Below, in pieces: positions 53,760 through 63,391 of a DNA stretch of 64,000 bases. Origin of the DNA: an uncultured Desulfovibrionaceae bacterium (lineage in GTDB: Bacteria; Desulfobacterota; Desulfovibrionia; Desulfovibrionales; Desulfovibrionaceae); contig CAYVWB010000010.1 in the NCBI GenBank assembly GCA_964455395.1, positions 13,731 to 77,730 of the forward strand, written 5' to 3'. Position numbers and translations under genes: made by a program. How positions within the stretch are numbered: position 1 is the first letter of the stretch; every line of letters starts with the position of its first letter. The notes under the pieces were generated by a model that saw only the letters and a program-made list of their open reading frames with translations, did not search any database and was not told where the DNA came from.

Positions 53760-55088
53760 TTACGGAGCGTCGGTCAAGCCCCAGGCCGGGAAGCCGGCAG
53801 GGCCGCCCGTGGGCACGGGCACAGGCTCGTCGCCGTTGCGGGTGGTCATGAAAACCTGACGTCCTCCGCTGCGGGTGGAGGAGAACGCCACGAAGTAGTT
53901 GTCCGGCGCGAAGGCGGGTTGTTCGTCGCTGCCGGGTCCGAAGGTAATCTGCCGTTCCTGGCTGGTCTTGCGGTCGTGGATGAAGATGCGGTGCCCACCG
54001 CCGGTCATGCGGGTGAACGCCACCATGGAGCCGTCCGGACTGATGGAGGGGTCCGTGTTGTAGCCCGTGGTGGTGATGCGCATGTCCTGACCGGAGGCGA
54101 GGTCGCGCACGAAAATGTGCGGGTTGCCGAAGCGGCTGGAGACGTACGCCATGAGCCGGCCCGAGGCGTCGAAACTGGGCGAGACGTTGATGGAGTCGCC
54201 TTGCACGAGGGGTCGTTCCGGCTGCAGGGAGGCGTTCAGCAGGTAGATGTCCGGGTTCTCCTTGGTGGTCAGGCTCACGGCGATGCGGCCCTGGGGCGTG
54301 AACTCCGGCGCGATGACGGTGTTGCCTTTGTAACGCTCCCGGGTGATGGAGCCGCCCCGCCACAACCCAAGGTAGTGGTAGCGTTCCGCCACGATGCTGA
54401 AGACGATGGCCGAGGCGTCCTTGGACCACGCCGGGGAAAGGCACGCGCCTTCCACGTCCGTGATGCGGCGCAGATTCCTGCCTGTGGGACGCACCGTGAA
54501 GACGTTGCGATTGGTCCCGGGCCCGGAAGCGCGCACGAACGCCAGGGTGGAGCGGAAGAAGTCCCCCGAGCCGGTGAGCACCTCCAGAAGCGCCGCGCAG
54601 AAGCGGTCCGCCACGGTGGGCACGGTCTCCTGAGTGACCTGGGAATAGGCTTTGCCCACCACCAGGTTGGAGCCGTACGCGGTGTAGACGCGCAGCTCCA
54701 CGCTGGAATCGGAGGTCCATCCGGCAGTGAGCACATAGTCCGCGCCGGCGAGCTGGAAGCGGCGGAAGTCGATCTGGTCGCGCTCCACGCCTTGCAGCCG
54801 AGAACCGCCGAGCACGGCGTTTTCCGAGGTGACGCCCAAAAACGGCAGCACGGCCAGGTTCTCGCGCAGGGTGTTGTCCAGAGGCTGACCAAGCGCCGGC
54901 GCGCCGCCGCCGTTGGCAGCCATGGGCGACGCCAAAGCGATGTACTGCTTGGCCTGTCCCGCCTGGGTGATGCGCAGATCCAGCACGGTTTGCGCCGACG
55001 CTGCGCCAGCCAGGGCGTGCGTCAAGAGCGCGCCACACGCGAGCATCGCTGCGGCGAAACGCAGGAGGGTGAGAGGGACTCGCTTCAC
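53760..55088 (-). CDS. tolB: Tol-Pal system beta-propeller protein TolB
   Basis: 442 aa with a signal peptide. Repeated PxFSPDG-type propeller motifs are present (SPAWSKDAS, SPSFDASGR, SISPDGS, AFAPDN). Confidence 0.9.
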   Translation of the reverse strand: MKRVPLTLLRFAAAMLACGALLTHALAGAASAQTVLDLRITQAGQAKQYIALASPMAANGGGAPALGQPLDNTLRENLAVLPFLGVTSENAVLGGSRLQGVERDQIDFRRFQLAGADYVLTAGWTSDSSVELRVYTAYGSNLVVGKAYSQVTQETVPTVADRFCAALLEVLTGSGDFFRSTLAFVRASGPGTNRNVFTVRPTGRNLRRITDVEGACLSPAWSKDASAIVFSIVAERYHYLGLWRGGSITRERYKGNTVIAPEFTPQGRIAVSLTTKENPDIYLLNASLQPERPLVQGDSINVSPSFDASGRLMAYVSSRFGNPHIFVRDLASGQDMRITTTGYNTDPSISPDGSMVAFTRMTGGGHRIFIHDRKTSQERQITFGPGSDEQPAFAPDNYFVAFSSTRSGGRQVFMTTRNGDEPVPVPTGGPAGFPAWGLTDAP

Positions 55089-55100
55089 GGGTGGTCTCCT

Positions 55101-56150
55101 TTAGAATTCTGCGGAGTCGAACTCGATGCGGAGCACGAGCTGGTTGTTCACGGGGGGGGGCTCCAAGGCGCCGAGGCGTTTCGTCTGGTCCACGGCCTTG
55201 ATGGCGGAGAGGTCGAAGTCCTGCCTGCCGGAGGTCTGATCCACATAGACGTTGGTGATCTGCCCTGTTGGCTCCACCGTGACCACCAGCCGCGCGGAGT
55301 AGCGCAAGGAGCGGTCGATGATGGGCGGCAGCGACCAGAACTGCTTGATGGTGTTCTCGATGTACTTGCCGTAGGCGCTCAAGGGGTCGGCGCCGCCGCC
55401 CCCCCCGGTCCCGCCGCTACGGCGTGGGGCTGCGCCTTGGCCTTGCCCGGTCCCGGCGCCTTCGCCGGCGCCGCCGTAGGAGCTCTTCAGGGCTTGCAGC
55501 TCGGCGTCCAGCACGGCTTGCTGTTCCTCGCGTTCGATGGCGGCTTCGCGCTGCATCTCCTGGAGGGCGCTCGCCAACAGCTCCTGCTGAGTGGGTTGGC
55601 GGGGCTTCTCGGGCGTTTTGGGCGCCGGCGGCTTTTGGGCCGTCTGAGGTTTGGGCGGCTCGGGTTTCTTCTCGGGCTGTTTGGGTGGCTCGGGCTTTTT
55701 CTCGGCGACTTCCGGTTTGGGCGGCTCGGGTTTGGGCTCGGGCTTGGGGGGCTCCGGCTGTTTTTGCGCGCTGATGGCTTTGCCTTTCTCCGTGGGCTGG
55801 GCTTCGGGGGTGGGCGTTGGCTTGGGCGGCTCGGGTTTGGGCTCGGGCTCCGGCGCAGCAGCAATCTCTTTGGGCGCAGGCTTGGGCGCAGGTTCGGGTT
55901 CGGGCGCAGGGGGCGCCACCTCTTCGATTTCAGCAGGACGCGCCTTGGGGCCGCCGCCGGGGTCGCCGGCGTCTTCAGGCAGGTCGGGGTCGCCTTTGGG
56001 CCCCAGGGGGAGAGTCGGGTCGCCCACGATATCCACCGTATAGACCTGCTGGGTGAGGTCGATGCGTTGCTCCGAACCCAGGCCGCCCATGGTGACGGCG
56101 AGGGCGACCAGCGCGTGGAGCGAAATGGAGAGCAGCCAGCTGATGCGCAT
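55101..56150 (-). CDS. tolA: TolA/TonB-family energy-transducing protein
   Basis: N-terminal TM anchor, a long (E/K)P-rich spacer (PEPEPKPEPPKP...), and a C-terminal TonB_C/TolA-like domain. It lies between tolR and tolB. Confidence 0.7.
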   Translation of the reverse strand: MRISWLLSISLHALVALAVTMGGLGSEQRIDLTQQVYTVDIVGDPTLPLGPKGDPDLPEDAGDPGGGPKARPAEIEEVAPPAPEPEPAPKPAPKEIAAAPEPEPKPEPPKPTPTPEAQPTEKGKAISAQKQPEPPKPEPKPEPPKPEVAEKKPEPPKQPEKKPEPPKPQTAQKPPAPKTPEKPRQPTQQELLASALQEMQREAAIEREEQQAVLDAELQALKSSYGGAGEGAGTGQGQGAAPRRSGGTGGGGGADPLSAYGKYIENTIKQFWSLPPIIDRSLRYSARLVVTVEPTGQITNVYVDQTSGRQDFDLSAIKAVDQTKRLGALEPPPVNNQLVLRIEFDSAEF

Positions 56151-56165
56151 GAGCGTGGGGGAAGG

Positions 56166-56618
56166 CTACTGAGCGGCCTCGGGTTGGGGTTGGGCGTCGT
56201 CCTCGGCGGGAGCGCTGATGTCCTGCTCCGCCACCACGCCGATTTTCTCCTGCCCGGCAGCTTTTATCTCGCCCATGGCGCGCACCACCACGCCGTACGG
56301 CACGGCTTGGTCCGCTTTCAGAAAGAGCAGCTTGTTCTGCTTGACCACGTTGTTCTCCACCAGGGGCCGGAGGGTCGTCATGGTGGCGTTGTACTCATCC
56401 AGCATCATGGAGCCGTCGGCGTCAATGGTGAGAACAAGGTGGTCCGAGTCCGTGGGCAAGGCGGCCACGCTGCGGGTCTGCGGCAAGTCCACCTCCATGC
56501 CTTGGGTGAGCATGGGCGCGGTGACCATGAAGATGATGAGCAGCACGAGCATCACGTCCACGAAGGGGGTGACGTTGATCTCGGACATGAAGCCGCCGGG
56601 ACGCAAGTTCATGGCCAT
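56166..56618 (-). CDS. tolR: TolR/ExbD biopolymer transport protein
   Basis: SEINVTPFVDVMLVLLIIFMV is the ExbD/TolR signature TM region. Confidence 0.85.
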   Translation of the reverse strand: MAMNLRPGGFMSEINVTPFVDVMLVLLIIFMVTAPMLTQGMEVDLPQTRSVAALPTDSDHLVLTIDADGSMMLDEYNATMTTLRPLVENNVVKQNKLLFLKADQAVPYGVVVRAMGEIKAAGQEKIGVVAEQDISAPAEDDAQPQPEAAQ

Positions 56619-56627
56619 GGCGGGCTC

Positions 56628-57335
56628 CTAGACGCGGGGCGCGGGTTCGTCCGCGAGCAAGGTGGGCAGCTCGCGCTGGACGCGGTTCATGAAAACGCTG
56701 GCGAAGCTGCCCAGCTCCGCTTCCACGCTGCCCACCACGCCCATGAAATAGTTGTAAGCCACTGTGGCGGGGATGGCCACGCCCAAGCCGATGGCTGTGG
56801 CGATGAGCGCTTCGGAGATGCCTGGCGCCACCACGGCGAGCGCCGCCGTCTGCATCTGCCCGATCTGGTGGAAAGCGTGCATGATGCCCCACACCGTGCC
56901 GAAGAGGCCGATGAATGGCGCGGCGTTGGCGCAGGTGGCCAGAAAGGAGAGGGACCCCGTCATGCGGGTGGCCTCGCTGGAGACGCCCCGGGTGAGGGAC
57001 CGGCCCAGATTCTCCTTGAGCGCTTCGAGGGGCGCGTCGCCATCCGCTTCGCCGAAACGGTTCAGCTCGGTCACGCCTTCCACGGCCACGCGGTAGGCTG
57101 GCGAATTCTGGTCCATACCCAGGATGGAAATGGCGCCGTGCAGGTCCGGCGCCTCCATGAAGGCTTCCGAGTCCTTGTAGACGCGTTTGCGCGCGCCCAC
57201 CAGAGTGAGCGCTTTGGTGAAAATGATGGCCCAGCTGGTGAGGGACATGAGCGCCAACAGCACGAGCACCCCCTTCACCACCGGCGTCGCTTGACCCATG
57301 AGTTCCCAGAAACCCATTTCCATGGCTGTCGTCAC
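56628..57335 (-). CDS. tolQ: TolQ/ExbB (MotA/TolQ/ExbB proton channel)
   Basis: 235 aa with 3 TM segments and the conserved block LATCANAAPFIGLFGTVWGIM. Confidence 0.85.
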   Translation of the reverse strand: MTTAMEMGFWELMGQATPVVKGVLVLLALMSLTSWAIIFTKALTLVGARKRVYKDSEAFMEAPDLHGAISILGMDQNSPAYRVAVEGVTELNRFGEADGDAPLEALKENLGRSLTRGVSSEATRMTGSLSFLATCANAAPFIGLFGTVWGIMHAFHQIGQMQTAALAVVAPGISEALIATAIGLGVAIPATVAYNYFMGVVGSVEAELGSFASVFMNRVQRELPTLLADEPAPRV

Positions 57336-57392
57336 TCCCGGGGCCGTCCCGCAAGGGACGGGTTGTTCGCCGCCGGCATCATAGCGCGGGGC

Positions 57393-58148
57393 TCATTGCA
57401 ACAGCGCGGCGATGGCGGGCAAGGCGCGTTCCGCGCTTGTCCGGACCACCACGTCGGCCATGTCGCCGAAAGCGCTCTGGCCGAGGTTGATTTCGATCAT
57501 GGTCCCGCCGTGCGCTTTGATGCGACCCGGCAGGGTGTTCGCCGGGGCCACTTCCCCGGAGGAACCCACCACCACGACGAGGTCCGCCGTCTCCGCAAGC
57601 CGCAGACTCTCGGACAAGGCGTGCGGCGGGATGTGTTCGCCGAAGAAGACGATGTCCGGCCGCACCACGCCCCCGCACTCGCACAACCAAGGCAATTCGT
57701 GACGCTGCAACGTTCTGGCGTGGGCGGCGTCGTGGTCAGTCTTGCAGCGCATGCAGTAGAAACGCATGCCGTTGCCGTGGAATTCCACCACGTTGCGGGA
57801 CCCTGCCGCTTGGTGCAACCCATCGATATTCTGGGTGATGACCCCCTCCAGCCGACCAGCCTCCTCCAGCTGCGCCAAGGCCGTGTGCGCCGGGTTCGGC
57901 GTAGCGGCGCCAAAGATGGCCATGGCGTCGTAGAGGAACTCCCAGACGCGGTCCGGACGCGACCGCAACGCCGCGAGAGTGGCCACCTCGCCGGGGGCGT
58001 GCGTCTCCCAGAGACCCCCGGGGCTGCGGAAATCCGGGATGCCGCTGGGAACGCTGATCCCTGCGCCGGTGATGGCCACGGCGTGCGAGGCCTCGCGCCA
58101 CAGCGCAGCAGCGCGCTTCACGGCGGTGTCTGGTGCGGGAGTCGTCAT
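57393..58148 (-). CDS. cobB: NAD-dependent protein deacylase (Sir2 family)
   Basis: Start [10 protein letters not shown]. Motifs seen: [22 protein letters not shown], the catalytic His in EFHGN, and the Zn ribbon CMRC...CECGG. Confidence 0.85.
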   Translation of the reverse strand: MTTPAPDTAVKRAAALWREASHAVAITGAGISVPSGIPDFRSPGGLWETHAPGEVATLAALRSRPDRVWEFLYDAMAIFGAATPNPAHTALAQLEEAGRLEGVITQNIDGLHQAAGSRNVVEFHGNGMRFYCMRCKTDHDAAHARTLQRHELPWLCECGGVVRPDIVFFGEHIPPHALSESLRLAETADLVVVVGSSGEVAPANTLPGRIKAHGGTMIEINLGQSAFGDMADVVVRTSAERALPAIAALLQ

Positions 58149-58556
58149 GAATGGCTCGTGGGTGGCTCGGCGCGTTTCCGCAAAAGGTGTTTGTTCGGGC
58201 GATCCAGCGTGGATGCGCTGTGTGGGCGTCGGTGCGTGGTTGTGTGGTGCAAGGCGCCGAGGCGCGCCGGATGCGTTCCGCAAAAGCGGAGTCGATCCCG
58301 GTTCGGAGCGTTCAATGTCGAGTCGCGCGATGCGGGTGCGCTTTCCGCGTCTCCTCCGGTCCTCGCCGTGGCGTCTATGAGCAAACCCTTCAGTTCTTTA
58401 AAGGGATCGCCAGGGTCTCTTCAAGGCTTCGTCGCATTACAAATATTTTAGACACTCTCTACAGTTTCTTTAACATGATTTCAAACACTTCTGCAAGGGG
58501 GCGTCAGGGTGGACGCGCATCCCCCCGACGCCCCTCCCGCACGGCTCGCTGTGCGC

Positions 58557-60059
58557 CTATGGCGCGGGCTGCTCCTTGGCGCGGCGGCTCTGATATCCCT
58601 CGTATTGCAGCGTTTTGCTGGTCTGCTTGCGGAGGACTTCAGCTTCGGCGGCCGGCGCTGGCGCAAATGCCGCTCCCAAGGCGTCCTCAAGCTCCGTCAC
58701 GTCCTCCTCCAGATTTCTGTTGACTGCAGCCGATCCCACAGCTTGGTTCTGCGCCGCAGTCTGCTGACGGTATGCTTCAATCTTGGCGCGGGCCGCGCCC
58801 TCGTCGCCGGCGGCCACGGCCTCGGCCACGTCCTCGCGCAGTCGGCCGTAGTCCTCCTGGAGGACCTTGCGTTCCCAGGCGTCGCGTTTGATGGAAGCCG
58901 TGGCCTCGGCGGCGTCCTTCACCACGGCCATGGCCAGCGGCGTGGTCAGGTTCTGGGTCCGGACAGCGCCGTCATGGTCGTAACGCACGGCGAGCTTGTC
59001 CAGCGCGAACCGGGCTTCCTCGGCCGTGGAGGCCTCCAGAGCGAGGTGCAGGGTGCGCTTCTCCCCGGCGGCCAGTTCCCCGGCAAGGAACGAGTAGGTC
59101 GAGCCCTCTTGTCGGATGGTGTAGCCAGCGGCGTCACGGAGGGTGACGCGCGGCGGCAGCGTGAGCTCGATGGTCACTCCATGCGCCGCGATGCGCCGGG
59201 TCCGCTGCAGCTCGTGGAGGAAGAGGTCCGCAAAGGCCTGGGGTTCCTGGATGAAGTAGTAGCCGCCACCGCCGGCGTCTGCGAGGCGGGTCATGAGGCG
59301 TTCGTCGAAGTCGAGCCCCACGCCCACCGCCGTCACGGCGACGCCCGAGGCTGCTGCGGATTGCGCCATGGCCGCCAGCATGTGCGGGTCGGTGACGCCA
59401 CGGTTGGCCAAGCCGTCCGAGACGAGGAGCAACTTCGCGCTCCGGCGCGGCGAGGGGAAGGACTCGGGGCAGTCGCCATGGCAGGGGGGCGCTTCTCCGG
59501 GCGTGAACCGGCCGAGCAATTGCAACCCCACATCCAGACCGGCGCCCAGGTTCGTGTTGCCGCCGGCGACCACGCCGTGCACCATCCGGGTCAACAGCCG
59601 CTTGTTCGAGGGGGTGGCGTGCAGGGGGATGGAGTGCGAAGCGACGCCATCCGCATAGGAGACGAGGCCCAAGCGATCGTGTGGCGCGAGGTGGCGGATG
59701 AGCAGCCCCAGGGCGGCTTGCGCATCCTGGAGTTTGAGGCCGCGCATGGAGCCGCTGCGGTCCAGCACGACCATGAAATCCACGCCGTGGGGCGGTGTGG
59801 GGAGCAATTCGGCTGTGTCGTCCGTGATGGGGGAGGCGACATCCGTGGGCGCAGCCGGCGCCGTGAGGGTGAGGGCGAGGACGAAGCCGCCGTCCCCGCC
59901 GGCGGCGAGTTTGCTGCGCGTCAGCTCGGCGGAAAGCTCCAGCGGGCCGCGCTCGAAGCGCGCGTGGACGGCGGCGGGTGACGCCGCGATGAGCATGGCG
60001 GTCGCAAGCAAACCGAACAACGACGTGGCGAGAACAAGGCGGCGAGTGGCGATGGGCAT
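58557..60059 (-). CDS. secreted von Willebrand factor type A (vWA) domain protein
   Basis: Signal peptide, the MIDAS motif VVLDRSGSM, later LVSDGLAN, and a C-terminal helical region. Confidence 0.8.
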   Translation of the reverse strand: MPIATRRLVLATSLFGLLATAMLIAASPAAVHARFERGPLELSAELTRSKLAAGGDGGFVLALTLTAPAAPTDVASPITDDTAELLPTPPHGVDFMVVLDRSGSMRGLKLQDAQAALGLLIRHLAPHDRLGLVSYADGVASHSIPLHATPSNKRLLTRMVHGVVAGGNTNLGAGLDVGLQLLGRFTPGEAPPCHGDCPESFPSPRRSAKLLLVSDGLANRGVTDPHMLAAMAQSAAASGVAVTAVGVGLDFDERLMTRLADAGGGGYYFIQEPQAFADLFLHELQRTRRIAAHGVTIELTLPPRVTLRDAAGYTIRQEGSTYSFLAGELAAGEKRTLHLALEASTAEEARFALDKLAVRYDHDGAVRTQNLTTPLAMAVVKDAAEATASIKRDAWERKVLQEDYGRLREDVAEAVAAGDEGAARAKIEAYRQQTAAQNQAVGSAAVNRNLEEDVTELEDALGAAFAPAPAAEAEVLRKQTSKTLQYEGYQSRRAKEQPAP

Positions 60060-60157
60060 GAAAGCCTCCTGGTCGCGCCTCCCGAGAGCCGGGAGGGATG
60101 GCGGTGCGTGATGGGGGCCATCCTATCGTGTGGCCTGCCTCGCTCAAGACATCGGCA

Positions 60158-60185
60158 TGTAAAAGAAAACGCGTCGTTTTTTACA
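60158..60185. promoter_or_regulatory. AT-rich imperfect palindrome in a divergent promoter region
   Basis: In TGTAAAAGAAAACG-CGT-CGTTTTTTACA, the outer arms TGTAAAA/TTTTACA and the inner arms AAAACG/CGTTTT are complementary. It lies between the vWA gene (-) and the response regulator gene (+). Confidence 0.3.
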
Positions 60186-60254
60186 CAGACTTCACACAAG
60201 GCGAGTCGACGCCCCGTGGCGGATGCGCTAGGGTGCGCCCATGGAGGTGTCGCC

Positions 60255-60995
60255 ATGGCGCAAACCAAGCCGAGCATTCTCGTGGTGGAGGACGACCACG
60301 CCATCCTCAGCGGCCTGCTGGACCTGCTCGTCTTCCACGGCTTTACCGTGGAGGGCGTCAGCGACGGCGAAACAGGCTTGGAGCGCGCTTTGGCCGGCGC
60401 ATTCGATCTGGTCATTCTGGACGTCATGCTTCCGGGTATGGACGGCTTCGCCCTCTGCAAGACGTTGAAATCCCGTCGGCCGGCGCAAGCCGTGCTCATG
60501 CTCACGGCCAAAGGCGCGGAGGACGACGTGGTCCACGGCCTGGGCGTGGGCGCGGACGACTACGTCACCAAGCCCTTCTCCCTGAAGGAACTGCTGGCGC
60601 GGGTGGAGGCGGTGCTGCGCCGTGTGGGACGTGACCGCGGCGACGGCGTGTTGCGGTTGGGCGGCGTGGCCTTCGATTTCGCGAGCCTCACCGCCGCGCG
60701 GGAAGAAGCCGACGCACACGGGGGCGTTACACCCCCAGCCGTCGCCATGACGCGTCGGGAGCTGGACCTGGTGCGCTGCCTCCACCGCCACGCGCCGGGC
60801 GTCGTTTCCCGCGGCGCATTGCTGGCGGAGGTCTGGGGCTACCCCGAAACGGACATCGAGACCCGCACCGTGGACGCTCACGTGGCCAAATTGCGTCGGA
60901 AACTGGAGACCCTGGTGGGAGACAGACCATTCATCGCGGCGGTGCGTGGCGAAGGCTATCGACTGCATCCCGACCTGCTCGAGGACGCTTCCTGA
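60255..60995 (+). CDS. OmpR-family response regulator
   Basis: Receiver motifs ILVVEDDHAI, LVILDVMLPGMDG and VTKP. The C-terminal winged helix has the typical ending GEGYRL. The SD GGAGG lies upstream. Confidence 0.9.
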   Translation: MAQTKPSILVVEDDHAILSGLLDLLVFHGFTVEGVSDGETGLERALAGAFDLVILDVMLPGMDGFALCKTLKSRRPAQAVLMLTAKGAEDDVVHGLGVGADDYVTKPFSLKELLARVEAVLRRVGRDRGDGVLRLGGVAFDFASLTAAREEADAHGGVTPPAVAMTRRELDLVRCLHRHAPGVVSRGALLAEVWGYPETDIETRTVDAHVAKLRRKLETLVGDRPFIAAVRGEGYRLHPDLLEDAS

Positions 60996-63170
60996 ATGCG
61001 CAATCCCATGCGGAAACTCGGCTGGCGCATGGCGGCCCTGTGCGTGATGCTGGCGCCGTTGCTGGCGGCCGTCTTCTGGTGGAGCTATGTCAGTCAAGCC
61101 CGCGACGAAGCCGCTGCGCTGCGCTATTTCGGTGAAGCGCTCTTCGAGGACATGGAGGAGGAACTGCGCCGCTTCGTGGAGGCGGAGGAAACCCGCGCCG
61201 TGGACGAGTACGCTCCGGTGTTGGCGGCGGATCGCGGAGCTGACGAGGGCGAAGCCTCCCCGCTGGCGGAACAACCCGCGGCGGCCTTCGTTGTCGGTTA
61301 CTTCCAGGTGCTGGGCGGCGGCGTCTTCCAGACCCCGCACGTCACGCCTTCGCCAACACGGCTGGCCGTGCTGGAGCGTGCTCGCGATCGCGTCTTGGCC
61401 ATGCGGGACAAAGCGGCGCGCGCCGAGACTATTCAGCCTCCGCGCGGGGGAACTCGCGAGAGGGAGGAGCAGGCAGGGACGAAGGCCGCGCCTCCTTCCC
61501 CTCACCCCGAGGCGCAACCACTCGATGCGGCGGAACGCAAACAAACCGCGCAGGAACTCGTCGTGAAGTCGCCGGTAGCCGCGCCCAAGGCGAAGCCCGT
61601 TCCGCCTACCCTTCGGGACCGCTACCTGCGACCCGCCGAGGAACCCCAGCGCGAAGCCTTGGGACAGCTCGCGGAGGAGACCCGCCGCATCACCCCGGGC
61701 CAGGCGCTCAACCTGAGCGCACGGGCGCCCATCCAGGCGCAGTCCCCCATCCCACCGCAACCGGAAGCGGCTTCCCCTCTGGCGCAGCAGCGGGCGTCCG
61801 CGCAGCCGGAGGGAGCCGGCGCCGTGACTGAGCCTGCCACCCCCGAAGCAGAGCCCACAGCGCCCACACCGGATACGTCCTCTGGGTCGAGGGCCAGGGG
61901 ATTCTTTTTGTTCGAGAGAGACCCCGGTTCCCGGCAGGATGCGAACATGACAACGCCGCCGGGGCCTCCACCGTTTGCCGCGCCCTCACCGGAAACCGCC
62001 GGCCAGGAAAGTCCGCCGCGGGCGGTGCGCGCCGAGGTGGCCCCCTTGACATCCGCACTGCTGGACGAAAACCACGCCGTGCTCTACCGGCGGGTGGTGG
62101 TGGACGGCGCCGTGGCGCGGCAGGGGTTCGTGGTGAATCTGCCGGCGTTTCTGGCGCATCTTGAACGTCGTCATTACCGGGATCAGCCCTTGGAGGCCGT
62201 CACCCGCCTGACGCTGACAGCCGCCGCCGACGGTCTCGGCGTCTCTCGAACGGGGGGGCTTGGCGGCGATCCGGGCTTCGCGCCCGCCGTGGACCTGTTC
62301 CGCACTTTCCCCCGGCCCTTCGCGTTTCTCTCGGCGCGGCTGACCGCGCAGCACATCCCCATGGGGACGGGACGTTACGCGGTGCTCGCAGCTGCAGCGG
62401 CCACTGCCTTGGTGCTGTTTCTGGGGTTGACCGCCGTCTGGTTGGCGGCGCGGGCCGCCGTGGAACTGGCGCAACGCCGCGCGGGGTTCGTCTCTTCCGT
62501 GACCCATGAGCTGAAGACGCCGCTGACTTCCATCCGCATGTATTCCGAGATGTTGGAAGAGGGGATGGCGTCGGACGAGTCGACCCGCCGGCGCTACCTC
62601 GGGGTCATCCGCTCGGAGGCGGCGCGGCTCTCCCGGCTCATCGGCAATGTGCTGGAATTCTCGCGTCTGGAGCGGCGGGAGCGACCGCTGGTCATGGAGC
62701 TCGGCCGACTGGACGACGTTTTCGCCGAGACGCGCGCGACGCTTGCCCCCGCGTTGGAGCACGCCGGTTTCAACCTCGCCGTCGAGAACGCCTTGGAGAC
62801 GCCCTTCCCCTACGACCGCGAGGCCATGACGCAGGTGCTCATCAACCTCGTGGAGAACAGCGTGAAGTTCGGCGCAGCCGCCCCGCCCGAGGCGCGCCGC
62901 GTGGTGGCGCAGGTCCGCCGTGACGCCGCCGGCGCCGTGCGGCTTACCGTGCGTGACTTCGGCCCCGGCGCGCCGGCCCACGCCCTGCCGCGCCTCTTCG
63001 AGGACTTCTACCGCGCTGACGACTCCCTCACCCGCCAGACCGCGGGCGCCGGCCTGGGGCTCGCCCTGGTCAAAGGGCTCGTGGAGGCCATGGGGGGGAG
63101 CATCACCGCGCGCAATGCCGAATACGGCGGATTTCTTGTCGAAATGGTGTTCGCCCCGCCGGGTCGCTAG
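60996..63170 (+). CDS. sensor histidine kinase with a large extracytoplasmic N-terminal region
   Basis: TM1 near aa 10-30 and TM2 near aa 455-478. The H-box VTHELKTPLTSI follows TM2 directly with no HAMP domain evident. ATPase boxes are INLVENSVKF, DFGPG and GAGLGLALV. The ATG abuts the regulator stop (TGAATG). Confidence 0.85.
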   Translation: MRNPMRKLGWRMAALCVMLAPLLAAVFWWSYVSQARDEAAALRYFGEALFEDMEEELRRFVEAEETRAVDEYAPVLAADRGADEGEASPLAEQPAAAFVVGYFQVLGGGVFQTPHVTPSPTRLAVLERARDRVLAMRDKAARAETIQPPRGGTREREEQAGTKAAPPSPHPEAQPLDAAERKQTAQELVVKSPVAAPKAKPVPPTLRDRYLRPAEEPQREALGQLAEETRRITPGQALNLSARAPIQAQSPIPPQPEAASPLAQQRASAQPEGAGAVTEPATPEAEPTAPTPDTSSGSRARGFFLFERDPGSRQDANMTTPPGPPPFAAPSPETAGQESPPRAVRAEVAPLTSALLDENHAVLYRRVVVDGAVARQGFVVNLPAFLAHLERRHYRDQPLEAVTRLTLTAAADGLGVSRTGGLGGDPGFAPAVDLFRTFPRPFAFLSARLTAQHIPMGTGRYAVLAAAAATALVLFLGLTAVWLAARAAVELAQRRAGFVSSVTHELKTPLTSIRMYSEMLEEGMASDESTRRRYLGVIRSEAARLSRLIGNVLEFSRLERRERPLVMELGRLDDVFAETRATLAPALEHAGFNLAVENALETPFPYDREAMTQVLINLVENSVKFGAAAPPEARRVVAQVRRDAAGAVRLTVRDFGPGAPAHALPRLFEDFYRADDSLTRQTAGAGLGLALVKGLVEAMGGSITARNAEYGGFLVEMVFAPPGR

Positions 63171-63391
63171 CGGCCCGCAGGCGGTCTTGACGTCCGCTTC
63201 CCCGGCGGGAGGGGGTCGTTTCAGGCGTCTTCTTGCAAGAGTGAGCAGGGGATCACGAGGTGGGGATTGCAGCAAGGCAGTGTGGAAGGAGGGGGGGACA
63301 TCGCGCTTTCTCTTGAGATTCCATGGTGCTGTCGGAATGCGCTGCATATTGACAGGGCGTGGTTCGAAACGCGTGCGCCATCACCGCATGC

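Noticed and set aside
55399-55406. C8 homopolymer (G8 on the coding strand) inside tolA as a phase-variation switch
   Set aside because: It encodes part of a Gly run in a low-complexity linker of an essential envelope gene. Without population data there is no reason to invoke slippage. It is more likely just GC-rich coding sequence.
53919-58451. 1510-aa ORF on the plus strand spanning the whole tol-pal/sirtuin region
   Set aside because: It runs antisense to five well-supported minus-strand genes (tolB, tolA, tolR, tolQ, cobB). Its translation is low-complexity (G/R/A/H-rich) with no motifs. Long stop-free antisense frames are expected at this GC content.
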